The notes under the pieces are model-generated. The model saw only the letters and a list, made by a program, of their open reading frames with translations, searched no databases and had not been told where the DNA came from. Shown one piece after another: positions 18,149 through 28,231 of a stretch of 64,000 nucleotides of DNA. Within the stretch, counting starts at the first letter, position 1, and each line of letters begins with the position of its first letter. The position numbers and the translations under genes were made by a program. Origin of the DNA: Victivallaceae bacterium (GTDB lineage Bacteria > Verrucomicrobiota > Lentisphaeria > Victivallales > Victivallaceae); contig JAYFQV010000009.1 of NCBI GenBank assembly GCA_034926605.1, positions 51,116 through 115,115 on the forward strand, read 5' to 3'.

Positions 18149-20323
18149 TTATTTTTCTTCGTAAGTCAACGGAGCGTCAAGTTTGACGTTCACTATACGC
18201 GAAACCGCCAGACGTTTTACTTCGAGTCTCAGCTCGGTTTTGCCTGTGGTGGCCGCTTTGAACTCGTCGATGTTGTGCACCGCCGTATCTCCCACCTTTA
18301 CAATCATCTCATACGGCTTGATTCCGGCCACGCTGGCCTTTGAACCCGGTTTTACCGATGCAACCAGTACCGCAGGGTCTTCCGGAGCCATACGCATGTA
18401 GTTGCGCACTTCACTGGTCATGTTGCACACGGTTATCCCAAGATCTTTGACATTCAATCGCTTGGCGTTGTAGTAGCACTCCGGAGCAAGTTCCACCGTC
18501 AGAGTCGCCTCTTTTATCTTGCCGTCGGAAATATATTCGATCTTGTAGGTGGAACCGATGCCTAAATCGGAAACCAGCTTGTCTATGCCGCTGTTCAGAT
18601 CCGGCCAGGGGTATGGGATTTGGTCGAAGTATTGTTCCGGCAGATCGTCGTATTCGCTCCAGGGGAAGTCGGACATATCGTCACGCTCAAACTCGTATCC
18701 GGCAAGCTCCACGGGTATTCCCGTGGCTTCCGGCGTTATGCGCAGCAGAACGTCATCCTGTTTGATGCCGGCCTTTTGGGCGGGCGAATCCAGGGTCGCA
18801 TCGGTCACCAGCAACCCGAGCTTGCCACCGTTGGTCATCGACATCAGGTTGGTTGCTTCGGCCAGCTCGGGGGTGAGACGCTGATAATCAACTCCGAACC
18901 AGCCGATTTTGAAGCGTTCCTCGGGCGGCTTGGGTGCATAAGCCGTATCGAAATCCTTCATCTTGCCCGTCAGATCCCAGGGAATCACGCAGAAAGCGTC
19001 CGGCCCGTCGGAATAGCGGCCGTTGCGCATGGCGCGGAACATGAGCGGCAGGGTGATCAGTTTGCCGTCGGAGGAGAATCCCAGATTGCGGGTGCCGATC
19101 ATAGGGAATCGCTGATTCTGATAGCCGCGCTCGGTCGTTCCGGGTTTGGATTTTGCCGGAACCGCTTTGGCGATGACATTGTTTTCACTGACGTTGAGCA
19201 TCATGTCCCAAGCGTATGAACGGTAATAGTTATCCGGCGTGACCTGGGCAAATTCCACGGGAGCTTCCCCCACTTTTTCCTGCGGCTTAACTATGAAAAG
19301 GTCGTATTCCTTCAATGCTCCCACAAAATCGGCCGGGATGACCTTGTCGCCCACCGCGACGGTTATGCGGTCGATGCGGGCGCAGTCTGCGGAACTCAGC
19401 CGAAGCGGTACCAGCAGCGTACCGTCCGCCATCAGCAGTCCGGGGGCGATGCGTTCCAGATCGCGTTGTTCGCGATAGGAATAGCGATCGCGGCGGGAGG
19501 TATCCTTGGGAGGTTCGGCCAGCTTGAATTTTACCGGGAATATGCCTGATTTCGCAATGTTCAGGATATTGAGGTGTTCCTGTTCGCGGTCGGCGGCGGA
19601 GACGCTCTGCCACTTGTCGGGAGTCAACCGCCAATTGTCGGCCATTTCCAGTTCCTCCTGAAAGTTTACCGCCAGCACATCGCCCTTGTCGTCCACGATC
19701 AGAGTGTTGGCCGGCAGCTTGAGGAAGTCCTCTCCGGATGGCAGATAGCGTACCATTCCGGTGGGAGAAAACGGTTTGGTTCCGGCCATGGTCGAGCCGT
19801 CTTCTTCCACGATGAAGAAGCTGAAGAGCTCTTCGGGAAGTTTTTCCGGGTTGGCAAACACCAGCGGTTTTACCGGGAGTGTTCCGGAGAAGTTTAGGCT
19901 TATCGCATCGCGTGACGGAAAATACGCGGCGATTTGGGCAGGAGCGGTTTTGCCGTCCATGGTTTCTATTTCGATCCGTTCGATGTTTTCCATCGGGATG
20001 CCGGGATCGCTGCTCATAACTTTATCGGTAGCGACCACAAATCCCGGAGCGCTGTACGGCTTTTTCAGATTTATATATTCGTCCGCCCCCCGGCTGTGCC
20101 ATTCTCCGCAGTTGGGACATAGAAATCCGGAGATCGCGCACCCGGCTCCGGTTTCATCCACTTTCAGATAGTAGTTGACCTTCACGGCCGAGGCGGAAAG
20201 TTTTTCGACCAGCGAGGTATTGAGCGCGCGTATCTCTTCGGCCGATTTTGTTTTTTCCGCATCTTCTCCGAAGACCGGCAGGGCCAGCAATGCCAGAGCG
20301 GCGGCTGCAAGAAAGTGTTTCAT
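18149..20323 (-). CDS. Secreted PDZ-domain protein (two C-terminal PDZ domains; no obvious protease catalytic triad)
   Basis: 724 aa with a signal peptide. The PDZ-like segments are GLLVTDATLDSPAQKAGIKQDDVLL and VLVASVKPGSKASVAGIKPYEMIVKVGDTAV. No GDSGGP motif. Confidence 0.5.
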   Translation of the reverse strand: MKHFLAAAALALLALPVFGEDAEKTKSAEEIRALNTSLVEKLSASAVKVNYYLKVDETGAGCAISGFLCPNCGEWHSRGADEYINLKKPYSAPGFVVATDKVMSSDPGIPMENIERIEIETMDGKTAPAQIAAYFPSRDAISLNFSGTLPVKPLVFANPEKLPEELFSFFIVEEDGSTMAGTKPFSPTGMVRYLPSGEDFLKLPANTLIVDDKGDVLAVNFQEELEMADNWRLTPDKWQSVSAADREQEHLNILNIAKSGIFPVKFKLAEPPKDTSRRDRYSYREQRDLERIAPGLLMADGTLLVPLRLSSADCARIDRITVAVGDKVIPADFVGALKEYDLFIVKPQEKVGEAPVEFAQVTPDNYYRSYAWDMMLNVSENNVIAKAVPAKSKPGTTERGYQNQRFPMIGTRNLGFSSDGKLITLPLMFRAMRNGRYSDGPDAFCVIPWDLTGKMKDFDTAYAPKPPEERFKIGWFGVDYQRLTPELAEATNLMSMTNGGKLGLLVTDATLDSPAQKAGIKQDDVLLRITPEATGIPVELAGYEFERDDMSDFPWSEYDDLPEQYFDQIPYPWPDLNSGIDKLVSDLGIGSTYKIEYISDGKIKEATLTVELAPECYYNAKRLNVKDLGITVCNMTSEVRNYMRMAPEDPAVLVASVKPGSKASVAGIKPYEMIVKVGDTAVHNIDEFKAATTGKTELRLEVKRLAVSRIVNVKLDAPLTYEEK

Positions 20324-20327
20324 CTTA

Positions 20328-21740
20328 TTATAACTCCTTTTCGGTGTCTTTGCTGAAGTTCAAAACCGTCTGCCGGCGGGAGCCGTTGCGCATAATGGTG
20401 ATAACGGCTTTCGTGCGCAGGTGCACGTTGGAAAGCGCTTCGTCATATACTTTTTGCACTTGCTCTATGGAGGAGATTTTCCGGTTGTTTATGGCAATGA
20501 TTATGTCGCCGGTACTAAGATCGCAGCTGCGGGCGTTGCCGGAGTAGTCCAGGCCGAAAACGTAAACACCTTCTTTGCAGTAATGGTACAGGTCGGGGTT
20601 GTCGAAACGGTTGATGGCCTTGACAGTGATCCCCCAGCGTTTCAGCAGCAGTTCCTGTCCTTCCACCTTGCCTTTGGCGATCGGGGTGGCGGTGATCTGG
20701 AGTGTTTTTCCGTCGCGTTCGACGGTGAAAGTCACCGGCACGTTGAACGGCAGCAGGCCGAGCTTGCGGCGCAGCAGCGGCATGTCTTCGGCGGTCATCA
20801 CCGTTATCGGGGTGCCGTCGATGGCCACGATCAGATCTTTGGGAAGGAACCCGGCTTCGCGCGCCGGGCTGCCGACCTCGGTACCGGCTACCACCACGCC
20901 ATGGTCGAATTCAAAATATATGTTCTGCTCGAAGTTGTGCAGTTCCTGGAGTTCCAGTCCCAGCCAGGCCCAGTTTGCCTTCTTGTATTCACGAAGACGC
21001 GGCAGAACGTCAAGGATGGTGGGGGCCGGAACCGAAAAAGCGATGTCTCCGCCGAACAGCGTGCCGAGGGTGTTGATACCTACCACCTTGCCTTTGGTGT
21101 TGACCAGCGGTCCGCCGGAATTGCCGGGAGAAATGGATGCGTCGGTTTGGTACCACAACGAATATTCGCTGGCTCCGGGCAGGAATCGGTTGGAGCATGA
21201 TATGATGCCGATTGACACTGAGCGGTTCATTCCCCACGGCGCTCCCATCGCCATCACGAACTCTCCCTCCTGCACCGGTTCGGTCTCGAATTCGGCGCAG
21301 GGCAGGGGCGGGGTGTTCTCCGGCATTTTCAGCTTCAGCAGTGCCAGATCGACATCTTTGTCGAATCCGACGATTTCGGCGTCGTATGCCTGGGCGGTGT
21401 TGAGCTGACAGCGGATGTGGCTGGCTTTGTCGGCAACATGAAAGTTGGTGAGGACTTCGCCGTCCGGCGAGATTATCACGCCGGATCCTCCGATGATGTT
21501 GGCGTCGTCGGTGCCGCTTTCGGTGTTGGCCGCGACGGCATGGATGTAGACCACGCAGGGGAACACCTTGGCGTTGGCCGACTCCACCACCTGCTGAAAT
21601 TCGCTCGAATAGGGCGCGATGTCGGATGCACACCCTACGGCCAGTGCGGCGGCCGCCACCGGGATCAGAAACTTGAACCGCATCGGAGTTCTCCTTGATT
21701 TATATTGTGGCAGAACATGGCTTCCGGCTAACAATATCAT
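20328..21740 (-). CDS. htrA: HtrA/DegP-family periplasmic serine protease with PDZ domains
   Basis: 470 aa. Catalytic-triad context TNFHVA...DLALLK...GNSGGPLVN, with two PDZ-like regions. Confidence 0.8.
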   Translation of the reverse strand: MILLAGSHVLPQYKSRRTPMRFKFLIPVAAAALAVGCASDIAPYSSEFQQVVESANAKVFPCVVYIHAVAANTESGTDDANIIGGSGVIISPDGEVLTNFHVADKASHIRCQLNTAQAYDAEIVGFDKDVDLALLKLKMPENTPPLPCAEFETEPVQEGEFVMAMGAPWGMNRSVSIGIISCSNRFLPGASEYSLWYQTDASISPGNSGGPLVNTKGKVVGINTLGTLFGGDIAFSVPAPTILDVLPRLREYKKANWAWLGLELQELHNFEQNIYFEFDHGVVVAGTEVGSPAREAGFLPKDLIVAIDGTPITVMTAEDMPLLRRKLGLLPFNVPVTFTVERDGKTLQITATPIAKGKVEGQELLLKRWGITVKAINRFDNPDLYHYCKEGVYVFGLDYSGNARSCDLSTGDIIIAINNRKISSIEQVQKVYDEALSNVHLRTKAVITIMRNGSRRQTVLNFSKDTEKEL

Positions 21741-21972
21741 GACTTTTTTGTAATGACAAGTGTCGATTCTTTAAAAAGACATATTTTTCCCGAATAAAAA
21801 AAAGCGGCCTTGCGGCCGCGGAGAGGAAGGGAATCAAAACTCGGGAACGTCGTTTTGCCTCTCTGAACAAAGAGTATACCGAAAACCTGCGAAAAAGTCA
21901 ATACTGCCAATGTAAAAAAAGTTGAAAAAACCCGATAACGGCGTTATTTTAGCGCAAAACGCGAGGAATTTT

Positions 21973-24123
21973 ATGAAAAAAGTCTTTTTATGCCTGGTCT
22001 TTGCTTGGGGAACGGCGCTGCTGGCGCGGGAATTGTTGCTGACACCGGCTCCGGCCAGATTCGAGTGGGGTGATGAAGAGACGGTGCTGGCTCCGGCGGA
22101 CTGGCTGAACGTCGAGATCGATCCGACCGACGATCCCGTGCTGCCGCCGGAAGGCTACAAGCTTACCGTCACCGGTACCGGCGCATCCGTTTCCGGCGCC
22201 GACGCGGCCGGGCGTTACTATGCGCTGGTTACCTTGGAGAATCTGCGCACCCTCTATCCGGACGGCATACCGGCGGTGACCATAATCGATTTTCCGTCCG
22301 TGGCCTATCGCGGGATAATGGTGGATGTGGCCCGTCATTTCATTCCGATGGAAAACCTTGAAAAGTTCATCGACATGATGGCGCGCTATAAGTTCAACTA
22401 CCTTCAGCTGCACCTTTCCGACGATCAGGGCTGGCGCATCGAAATCAAAAAATATCCAAAACTGACCGAGGTCGGCGCCGTGCGCGGCCCCTCCGAGATA
22501 TGGCCGCAGGACGGCAAGAAGTATGGCCCGTATTTCTATACTCAGGATCAGATGCGCGCGCTTATAAAATATGCGGCGGAACGCTCCATAACCATCGTGC
22601 CGGAGATCGACCTGCCCGGGCACAGTCTTGCCGCGTTGTCCAGTTATCCGGAACTTGGCTGCACCGGCGGCCCGTACAAGCCGATGACCAGATGGGGAAT
22701 ATCCAAGGACGTGCTGTGCGCCGGCAATCCGTTTACCCGTGAATTCGTGAGCGACGTGGTGGCCGAACTCGCCGGACTGTTTCCCGGCCCGTACATTCAC
22801 CTCGGCGGCGACGAATGTCCGCTTACCCGGTGGGAGGATTGCCCGCGTTGTCAGATGGCGGTGGCGGAGCTGGGACTTTCCGGAGTGGAACAGTTAGAAG
22901 ATCGGTTGCTTGCGGATTTTTCCGGTTATGTCGAGAAAAACGGCAAGCGGATGATCGGTTGGGATGAGATGCTTACCGGTGAAATTCCCGGCGACGCCGT
23001 AATCATGGCCTGGCGCGGAAACTACGGTGCGCGAAACGCCGCCAGGCGTGCGCATGACGTGGTGGTGGCCAGCTATTCCCATTGCTACTTCGATTACGCT
23101 CAGACCTCCAGTCACAAGGAGGAGGAATGGTGCGCCGCCCCCGTTTGCACCGATCTGCGGCGGGTATACAGTTTTTCAACCGATCTTCTGCCCGGCGATC
23201 CCGCCGCCAAGCATATCGTCGGCGCACAGGCCGAACTTTGGAGCGAGGGCATATTCACTCCCGCCGATCTCGAATATAAGGCCTGCCCGCGGATGATCGC
23301 GCTGTCCGAGGCGCTTTGGAGTCCGAAATCCGCCCGCGATTTCCAGTCGTTTGCACGTCGTGTCGCTGGGGAAATGCGTTTTCTGCGCGGCAATGGCGTG
23401 AGCGCCCGCTTTGCCCCCGCCACGTTGCCGGCCACCGTCTATTTTTCCGACGAATTTGTTTACGACATCGGCCAATTGCCCGACGGGGTGGACATCCTTT
23501 ATACACTCGACGGTTCGCGGCCGTCGGCTTCGCAGTCTGCCGCACGTTACAGCGAGAAGCGCCCGCGGGTGACCGCCGATGCCGATCTGGTGCTTGAATA
23601 CGAATTTTCCGGCCTGCCGGCGCCGCAGCGGCCGTTCCCCGCCACTCGCTCCGCGTTGCGCAAGGCGGTGCCGGTTCCTGCGGTCAAAGACGTGTCGGCG
23701 CGGCCCGGCTTCTGGTTCGATTACCGGGTGGGCCAGGTGCGCGGAGGCATGATGCGCACCAATCTCGATTTCGATCCGGAGCCGTCGCTTTTCCGCTCCG
23801 GCGGGGGGTGGTCCGGCTCGGTGGAAGGCTATTTCCTCGCACCGGAAACCGCCAACTACGAGTTCTCAATCGCCTGTTGCGGTACCGTGACCATTGCCCT
23901 GAAAGGAGCAGAACCGTTCACCTACACCGGAGACGGCGTTTTCCACAGTATCGAGAAAAGCTATCTGCTTGAAAAGGGGTATCATCCGGTGCGCATAGAT
24001 TTCAGCCTGGCCGCCCCCGGCGGTCATCATAACGGTATGCAGCTCTATGTGGCTCGCGGGCTGGGCCGCCAGCTGCCTTTGGCGCAGTTTTTGTTCCACG
24101 GCGGAGAAAACAACGCAAAATAA
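21973..24123 (+). CDS. Glycoside hydrolase family 20 beta-N-acetylhexosaminidase with a C-terminal PA14/GLEYA-like domain
   Basis: Signal peptide MKKVFLCLVFAWG. GH20 catalytic motifs RGIMVDVARHF and HLGGDE. C-terminal Gly/Tyr-rich beta domain. Confidence 0.75.
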   Translation: MKKVFLCLVFAWGTALLARELLLTPAPARFEWGDEETVLAPADWLNVEIDPTDDPVLPPEGYKLTVTGTGASVSGADAAGRYYALVTLENLRTLYPDGIPAVTIIDFPSVAYRGIMVDVARHFIPMENLEKFIDMMARYKFNYLQLHLSDDQGWRIEIKKYPKLTEVGAVRGPSEIWPQDGKKYGPYFYTQDQMRALIKYAAERSITIVPEIDLPGHSLAALSSYPELGCTGGPYKPMTRWGISKDVLCAGNPFTREFVSDVVAELAGLFPGPYIHLGGDECPLTRWEDCPRCQMAVAELGLSGVEQLEDRLLADFSGYVEKNGKRMIGWDEMLTGEIPGDAVIMAWRGNYGARNAARRAHDVVVASYSHCYFDYAQTSSHKEEEWCAAPVCTDLRRVYSFSTDLLPGDPAAKHIVGAQAELWSEGIFTPADLEYKACPRMIALSEALWSPKSARDFQSFARRVAGEMRFLRGNGVSARFAPATLPATVYFSDEFVYDIGQLPDGVDILYTLDGSRPSASQSAARYSEKRPRVTADADLVLEYEFSGLPAPQRPFPATRSALRKAVPVPAVKDVSARPGFWFDYRVGQVRGGMMRTNLDFDPEPSLFRSGGGWSGSVEGYFLAPETANYEFSIACCGTVTIALKGAEPFTYTGDGVFHSIEKSYLLEKGYHPVRIDFSLAAPGGHHNGMQLYVARGLGRQLPLAQFLFHGGENNAK

Positions 24124-24204
24124 ACGGCACTCCCGCTTGAAAAAAACGCGAAACGGCGCTAATAGTATAAGGTTATGCTGTATTTTTAATGAGGAAACAA
24201 TAAT

Positions 24205-25584
24205 ATGGAAAAACAAGCTATTCACGACGTTCACGTCAGTGTTCGCGACATGTACAAGCGGGCACTCGCTTGCGCCGACGATCCGAAAAATCGCGACTAC
24301 GCCATCACGCTTCTGTCCGAAGTGGTGCGTCGCGCTCCCGCGCTGGAGGTGGCCCGCAAGAAGCTTCGCGAACTGGAACTTGCTAAGAAACCGGGCTTTT
24401 TTGCCAAGCTAGCCGCCTCCAGTTCCAGCCGCAAGGCGCTTCCGGCGATTCAGAGCGAGATGACTCAGAGTCCGCTGCGCGCCTTGGCCCTTTGTGAGGC
24501 CGAGCTGGCCAAGAATCTCAACAATCCGGCGGTGCTACGGCTGATGGCCGCCGCGGCGCGCGCGTTGAAAGCGGAGTTTATCGAGATTGAGGCGATGGAA
24601 CTGCTGCATGAGTTTTTGCCAGCCGACATGGATGTCTCGAAAAGTCTGGCCGAGCTTTACAAGCAGGCCGGAATGTTGGTCAAGCGCGCCGAACTGCTGA
24701 CCGTGCTGGCCAACAAGAATCCCGGCAGCTATGAGCTTCAGGACGCCGCCAAGCTGGCGATGAATGACATGAAGTCGATTCGCGAAGAGGAAAAGCTTCA
24801 GGCCATGCGGGAAAAGATGTCCGCCACCAAGGCCAACGTCACGCTGCAGCTTGAGGGCAGCACCATTCATGACGAACGCCAGGCCCGGACCCTGATCAGT
24901 AAATTTACTGCCGAACTGGCCGCCGCCGATTCTCTCGACATGCGCCGCAAACTCGCAGAGGCCTACATGGTGGCGAAGGAATACGATAACGCGATCAAGC
25001 AGCTCGAGTACGTGGCCCAGAAGCTGGGTACCGCCGATCCGGCGCTGGACAAGGCGATCGAGCAGGGCTATGTGGCCAAGTTCGACGCCTACATCGACGC
25101 GCTTAAGGCCAATCCGGATGATTATGAGAACGCCGCGCAGCAGATCGAGGAATACAGCAAGCAGCGCGACGAGTTCCGCCTGCAGCGCGCCGAAAACCGG
25201 CTTAAACTGTATCCCAACGACTCCCAGCTGCAGTTCGATTACGCGGCGCTGTGCTATGCCGGCGGACGGATCAACGAAGCCGTCGAATACTTCGAGGAGG
25301 CAGCGAAGAGCCAGCGGCTCAAGGTTGCCGCCAGCATCTACCTCGGCCGTTGCGCGATTCGCCGCCGCGACTATGACGCGGCCATCGAACGCCTGAACAT
25401 CGCAATCAAGGAACTTCTGACGATGGACAAGCGCAAACTTGAGGCGCTTTACTATCTCGGCATGGCCTACGAACGCGCCAACCGCTTCGAGGAGGCCAAG
25501 GCTCAATATGACCTGATTCAGAACAATCATCCGGGGTATCGCGATGTCGAAGAGCACATTGCGTTGTGCAAGGAGAATTTGTGA
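24205..25584 (+). CDS. TPR-repeat protein
   Basis: 459 aa, alpha-helical. The C-terminus has clear TPR units (...EAVEYFEEAAK..., ...LYYLGMAYERANRFEEAKAQY...). Confidence 0.55.
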   Translation: MEKQAIHDVHVSVRDMYKRALACADDPKNRDYAITLLSEVVRRAPALEVARKKLRELELAKKPGFFAKLAASSSSRKALPAIQSEMTQSPLRALALCEAELAKNLNNPAVLRLMAAAARALKAEFIEIEAMELLHEFLPADMDVSKSLAELYKQAGMLVKRAELLTVLANKNPGSYELQDAAKLAMNDMKSIREEEKLQAMREKMSATKANVTLQLEGSTIHDERQARTLISKFTAELAAADSLDMRRKLAEAYMVAKEYDNAIKQLEYVAQKLGTADPALDKAIEQGYVAKFDAYIDALKANPDDYENAAQQIEEYSKQRDEFRLQRAENRLKLYPNDSQLQFDYAALCYAGGRINEAVEYFEEAAKSQRLKVAASIYLGRCAIRRRDYDAAIERLNIAIKELLTMDKRKLEALYYLGMAYERANRFEEAKAQYDLIQNNHPGYRDVEEHIALCKENL

Positions 25585-25676
25585 TTTTTCCGGTTCCAGC
25601 CTATTGACTTTTTGGCGGTTAGGCACTATATTCTGAACGTGATAGTTTAAATAAAACATTTTATAAGAGGATTCAT

Positions 25677-26585
25677 ATGAGCGATAACAACGAGTTTCTG
25701 AAGGGGATTCCAACCCCGAAATCGGCGGAGGATTCCGCTCCCGCGACCACCGACACCGGCAATGTGCCGAAAGTGGAGGCGGACGATACCCGAACCCGCA
25801 AGACCGTGAAGCTCTCTGCCGCCGGAATGATGCCGAACCTTAACAAGCTTCGTCCGGAGGATTTGGCGGTGGCCAAGCCCACTCCGTCCGCTCCGCCGGT
25901 TGGCGGCGCCGCTCCCATGGGTGCCCCCGATTCTCCGACTGTGCGTCTTCGCCCGGTCGGTGGCGCCATTCCCACTCCCGGCGCCCATCCCACACCGGCC
26001 GCTGCTCCCGCCGCCGGAACGGATACCGGCAATGTACCGAAACAGAATGCCGCCGAGGATACCCGCACCCGCCGCACCGTGCGCATTACCGCCGCAAGTG
26101 TTGAGGATACGGTGAAATTGCAGCGCGGCGCCGCTCCGGCTGCGCCAAGTGCTCCTGCTGCTCCGGAGGCTCCGGCTGCTCCGACCGCCGAGGCGCCCAA
26201 GCCGAAGCTTTCCATTCCGAAGCCCGCTGCTCCCGCCTCGGCTCCCGCGGCACCGACCGCGTCGGCCGCTGCTCCCGCGGCACCGGCCGAAGCCGGTGCT
26301 CCGGCCACCGGTCGTGTGCGTCGTGAGAAGGCGCAGTTGAACTTGGTCAAGGAAGCCGGACCGGCCCAAGGGCCGTCCCGTGTGGAAAAAGATATGGCCG
26401 CGATTGCCGGCAATAAAGTAGGCGGCGGCAGTAACGAGGTATCTCCCGTTTATACCGTGATAGCGGCAATCACCCTGCTGGCGTTGATAGCCACCGTGGT
26501 GTTCAGCTCGCAGTATTTGAACATCTGGCAGCCCCAGTGGGCCGATGGATTCACGATACTGCCTTCCGCTTCCGAGTCCAAATAA
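25677..26585 (+). CDS. Pro/Ala-rich repeat protein with a C-terminal TM anchor
   Basis: RBS AAGAGGA lies 6 nt upstream of the ATG. Internal duplicated block TDTGNVPK...DTRTR(K/R)TV(K/R)(L/I)(S/T)AA. Long APAAPxAP tracts. C-terminal hydrophobic helix VIAAITLLALIATVVF. A plus-strand terminator follows. Confidence 0.55.
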   Translation: MSDNNEFLKGIPTPKSAEDSAPATTDTGNVPKVEADDTRTRKTVKLSAAGMMPNLNKLRPEDLAVAKPTPSAPPVGGAAPMGAPDSPTVRLRPVGGAIPTPGAHPTPAAAPAAGTDTGNVPKQNAAEDTRTRRTVRITAASVEDTVKLQRGAAPAAPSAPAAPEAPAAPTAEAPKPKLSIPKPAAPASAPAAPTASAAAPAAPAEAGAPATGRVRREKAQLNLVKEAGPAQGPSRVEKDMAAIAGNKVGGGSNEVSPVYTVIAAITLLALIATVVFSSQYLNIWQPQWADGFTILPSASESK

Positions 26586-26602
26586 CTTGGATGACTTAAG
26601 AG

Positions 26603-26632
26603 ACGGCCGCTTCAATGCGGCCGTTTTTTTTT
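26603..26632 (+). terminator. Rho-independent terminator
   Basis: ACGGCCGC-TTCAAT-GCGGCCGT hairpin followed by TTTTTTTTT. Confidence 0.75.
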
Positions 26633-26781
26633 GCATTTCACGAAAATAAGCCGGATTTTTCATGACCCATTCCTATTTTTTGAAAAAAAGACTGGAATTT
26701 TGTTGATTTTTCGCCGCATCAGTGTTTATTTGTTTTTTGAAGAACCATTTGCGATTGAAAACAGACCGGGAAGGAGGAGGT

Positions 26782-28221
26782 ATGGGCAGGGGCTTTCCCA
26801 TTATTGCCGCAATGTTTTTATGTTGGAGCCTGACGGGAGAGGCTCCGCCGGGAGAGGATGAGGCGCATACGCGCACTCTGCGTTTTGTTCAGGATGACGC
26901 GCAGGACTACATGGTATCGAAAGTTTATGTCCTGAAATATGTCCAAAGCAACGATATAATGCCGTTTGTGCTGGGCATGGTCAGGCGTTACAATGTCAAT
27001 TCCGTGGCTGGCAGCATTGAATACGGGGCCAACCGGCAGCAGATACTGACCGTGACCTGTCCGATCGGCATGATGCCTTATGTGGATGATTTTATCGCCA
27101 AGGTCGACCGGAACATCGAAGTAGACGGCCGGGTTCCCGGCGACATCATCCGCGGCACCGGAATTACCCGCGCTGTTTACCGCCCGAGATACCGGTCCGG
27201 GCAGGATCTGGTCAACATAATCGTGAATGCCGCCATAAACGCCGGGCCGTATGGATCGGTTTACGGCTATGACGAAAATTCCAATCAGATATATTGGAAA
27301 GACAACAGCTCAAACAGCGAGTTCGTATACCAGCTGCTCGGATGGCTGGATAGGCCGGCGCCGCAAATATCTTTCGAATTCACGGTTTACGAAGTGCGTG
27401 AAAGTACGCTCCGCGACATGGGAATAGAGTACCTCGCCTGGAAGAACGGCCCGGGGCTTAATCTGTTCGAAATAGGGTGGCGCGCATTCGATGTCACCAG
27501 TGCCGGTACCGCCGCGATCCAGGCGATGTCCGGGCCGGTCGGCGGATTTTTCTTTGCGCCGCAATTCGACGCCAGCTTCATCCGCATGCTTCAGCAGAAC
27601 GGCCGGGCGGAAATACGCAATCGGGCGAATTTCACGGTGTCCAATTCGGACAGCAAAACGTACAGTTTGCTGTTCAATCCTCAGCTTCAGAACATAGTAA
27701 AAAGCAACAACGACCAGACCAGCGTCACTCTGAGCGAGGTTTCCCAGCAGCCCGGCATAAGCCAGATATATTTGGAGATCGCCCGTCCGGTTGTAAACCA
27801 GCGCACCGGGCTTCCGGAAGTCGGTTATCCGGCCAACGAGCCGTTTTCGTTCAAAAACTATGCCCCCGGCGACTACGCCAAGCTGTCCGGCACCGTTTTT
27901 TTCGGCTACGACATCCGGACGGCAAACGTGGTTGAACGCAACAACCTCGGCAACGAGCTGATCGAGACCGGAACTTTTTCCGGCAATGTGCTTATCCCGC
28001 TGAACAAGGATGTGATTCTGGCCCAGTGGGACAAGGATCAGCTGGTGGAGCAGACTATCGGTGTGCCGTTTCTCTGCAACATTCCGGTGCTTAAATACCT
28101 GTTCAGCACCGTGACAACATCCAGGGAACACACCCGTGTGTATCTCACCGTCAATGTGACTATGCTTAACACCGCTGTTCCGAGTTCGCTTAAGATCGGC
28201 GAACTGGTAAGGCTCAAATAG
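26782..28221 (+). CDS. Secretin-family outer-membrane channel protein, paralog 1 (GspD/PilQ/CpaC superfamily)
   Basis: AGGAGG RBS upstream of the ATG at 26782. Signal peptide present. The N-terminal KVYVLKYVQSNDIMPFV is N0/N1-like. The C-terminal GVPFLCNIPVLKYLFS matches the secretin GVP.L..IP..G.LF motif. Confidence 0.6.
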   Translation: MGRGFPIIAAMFLCWSLTGEAPPGEDEAHTRTLRFVQDDAQDYMVSKVYVLKYVQSNDIMPFVLGMVRRYNVNSVAGSIEYGANRQQILTVTCPIGMMPYVDDFIAKVDRNIEVDGRVPGDIIRGTGITRAVYRPRYRSGQDLVNIIVNAAINAGPYGSVYGYDENSNQIYWKDNSSNSEFVYQLLGWLDRPAPQISFEFTVYEVRESTLRDMGIEYLAWKNGPGLNLFEIGWRAFDVTSAGTAAIQAMSGPVGGFFFAPQFDASFIRMLQQNGRAEIRNRANFTVSNSDSKTYSLLFNPQLQNIVKSNNDQTSVTLSEVSQQPGISQIYLEIARPVVNQRTGLPEVGYPANEPFSFKNYAPGDYAKLSGTVFFGYDIRTANVVERNNLGNELIETGTFSGNVLIPLNKDVILAQWDKDQLVEQTIGVPFLCNIPVLKYLFSTVTTSREHTRVYLTVNVTMLNTAVPSSLKIGELVRLK

Positions 28222-28231
28222 GAGGCCGGAG

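Noticed and set aside
25647-26663. 338-aa minus-strand ORF overlapping the Pro/Ala-rich gene
   Set aside because: The plus-strand gene has an RBS, a C-terminal TM helix and a correctly oriented downstream terminator. The minus product is a Gly/Arg/Ser low-complexity translation.
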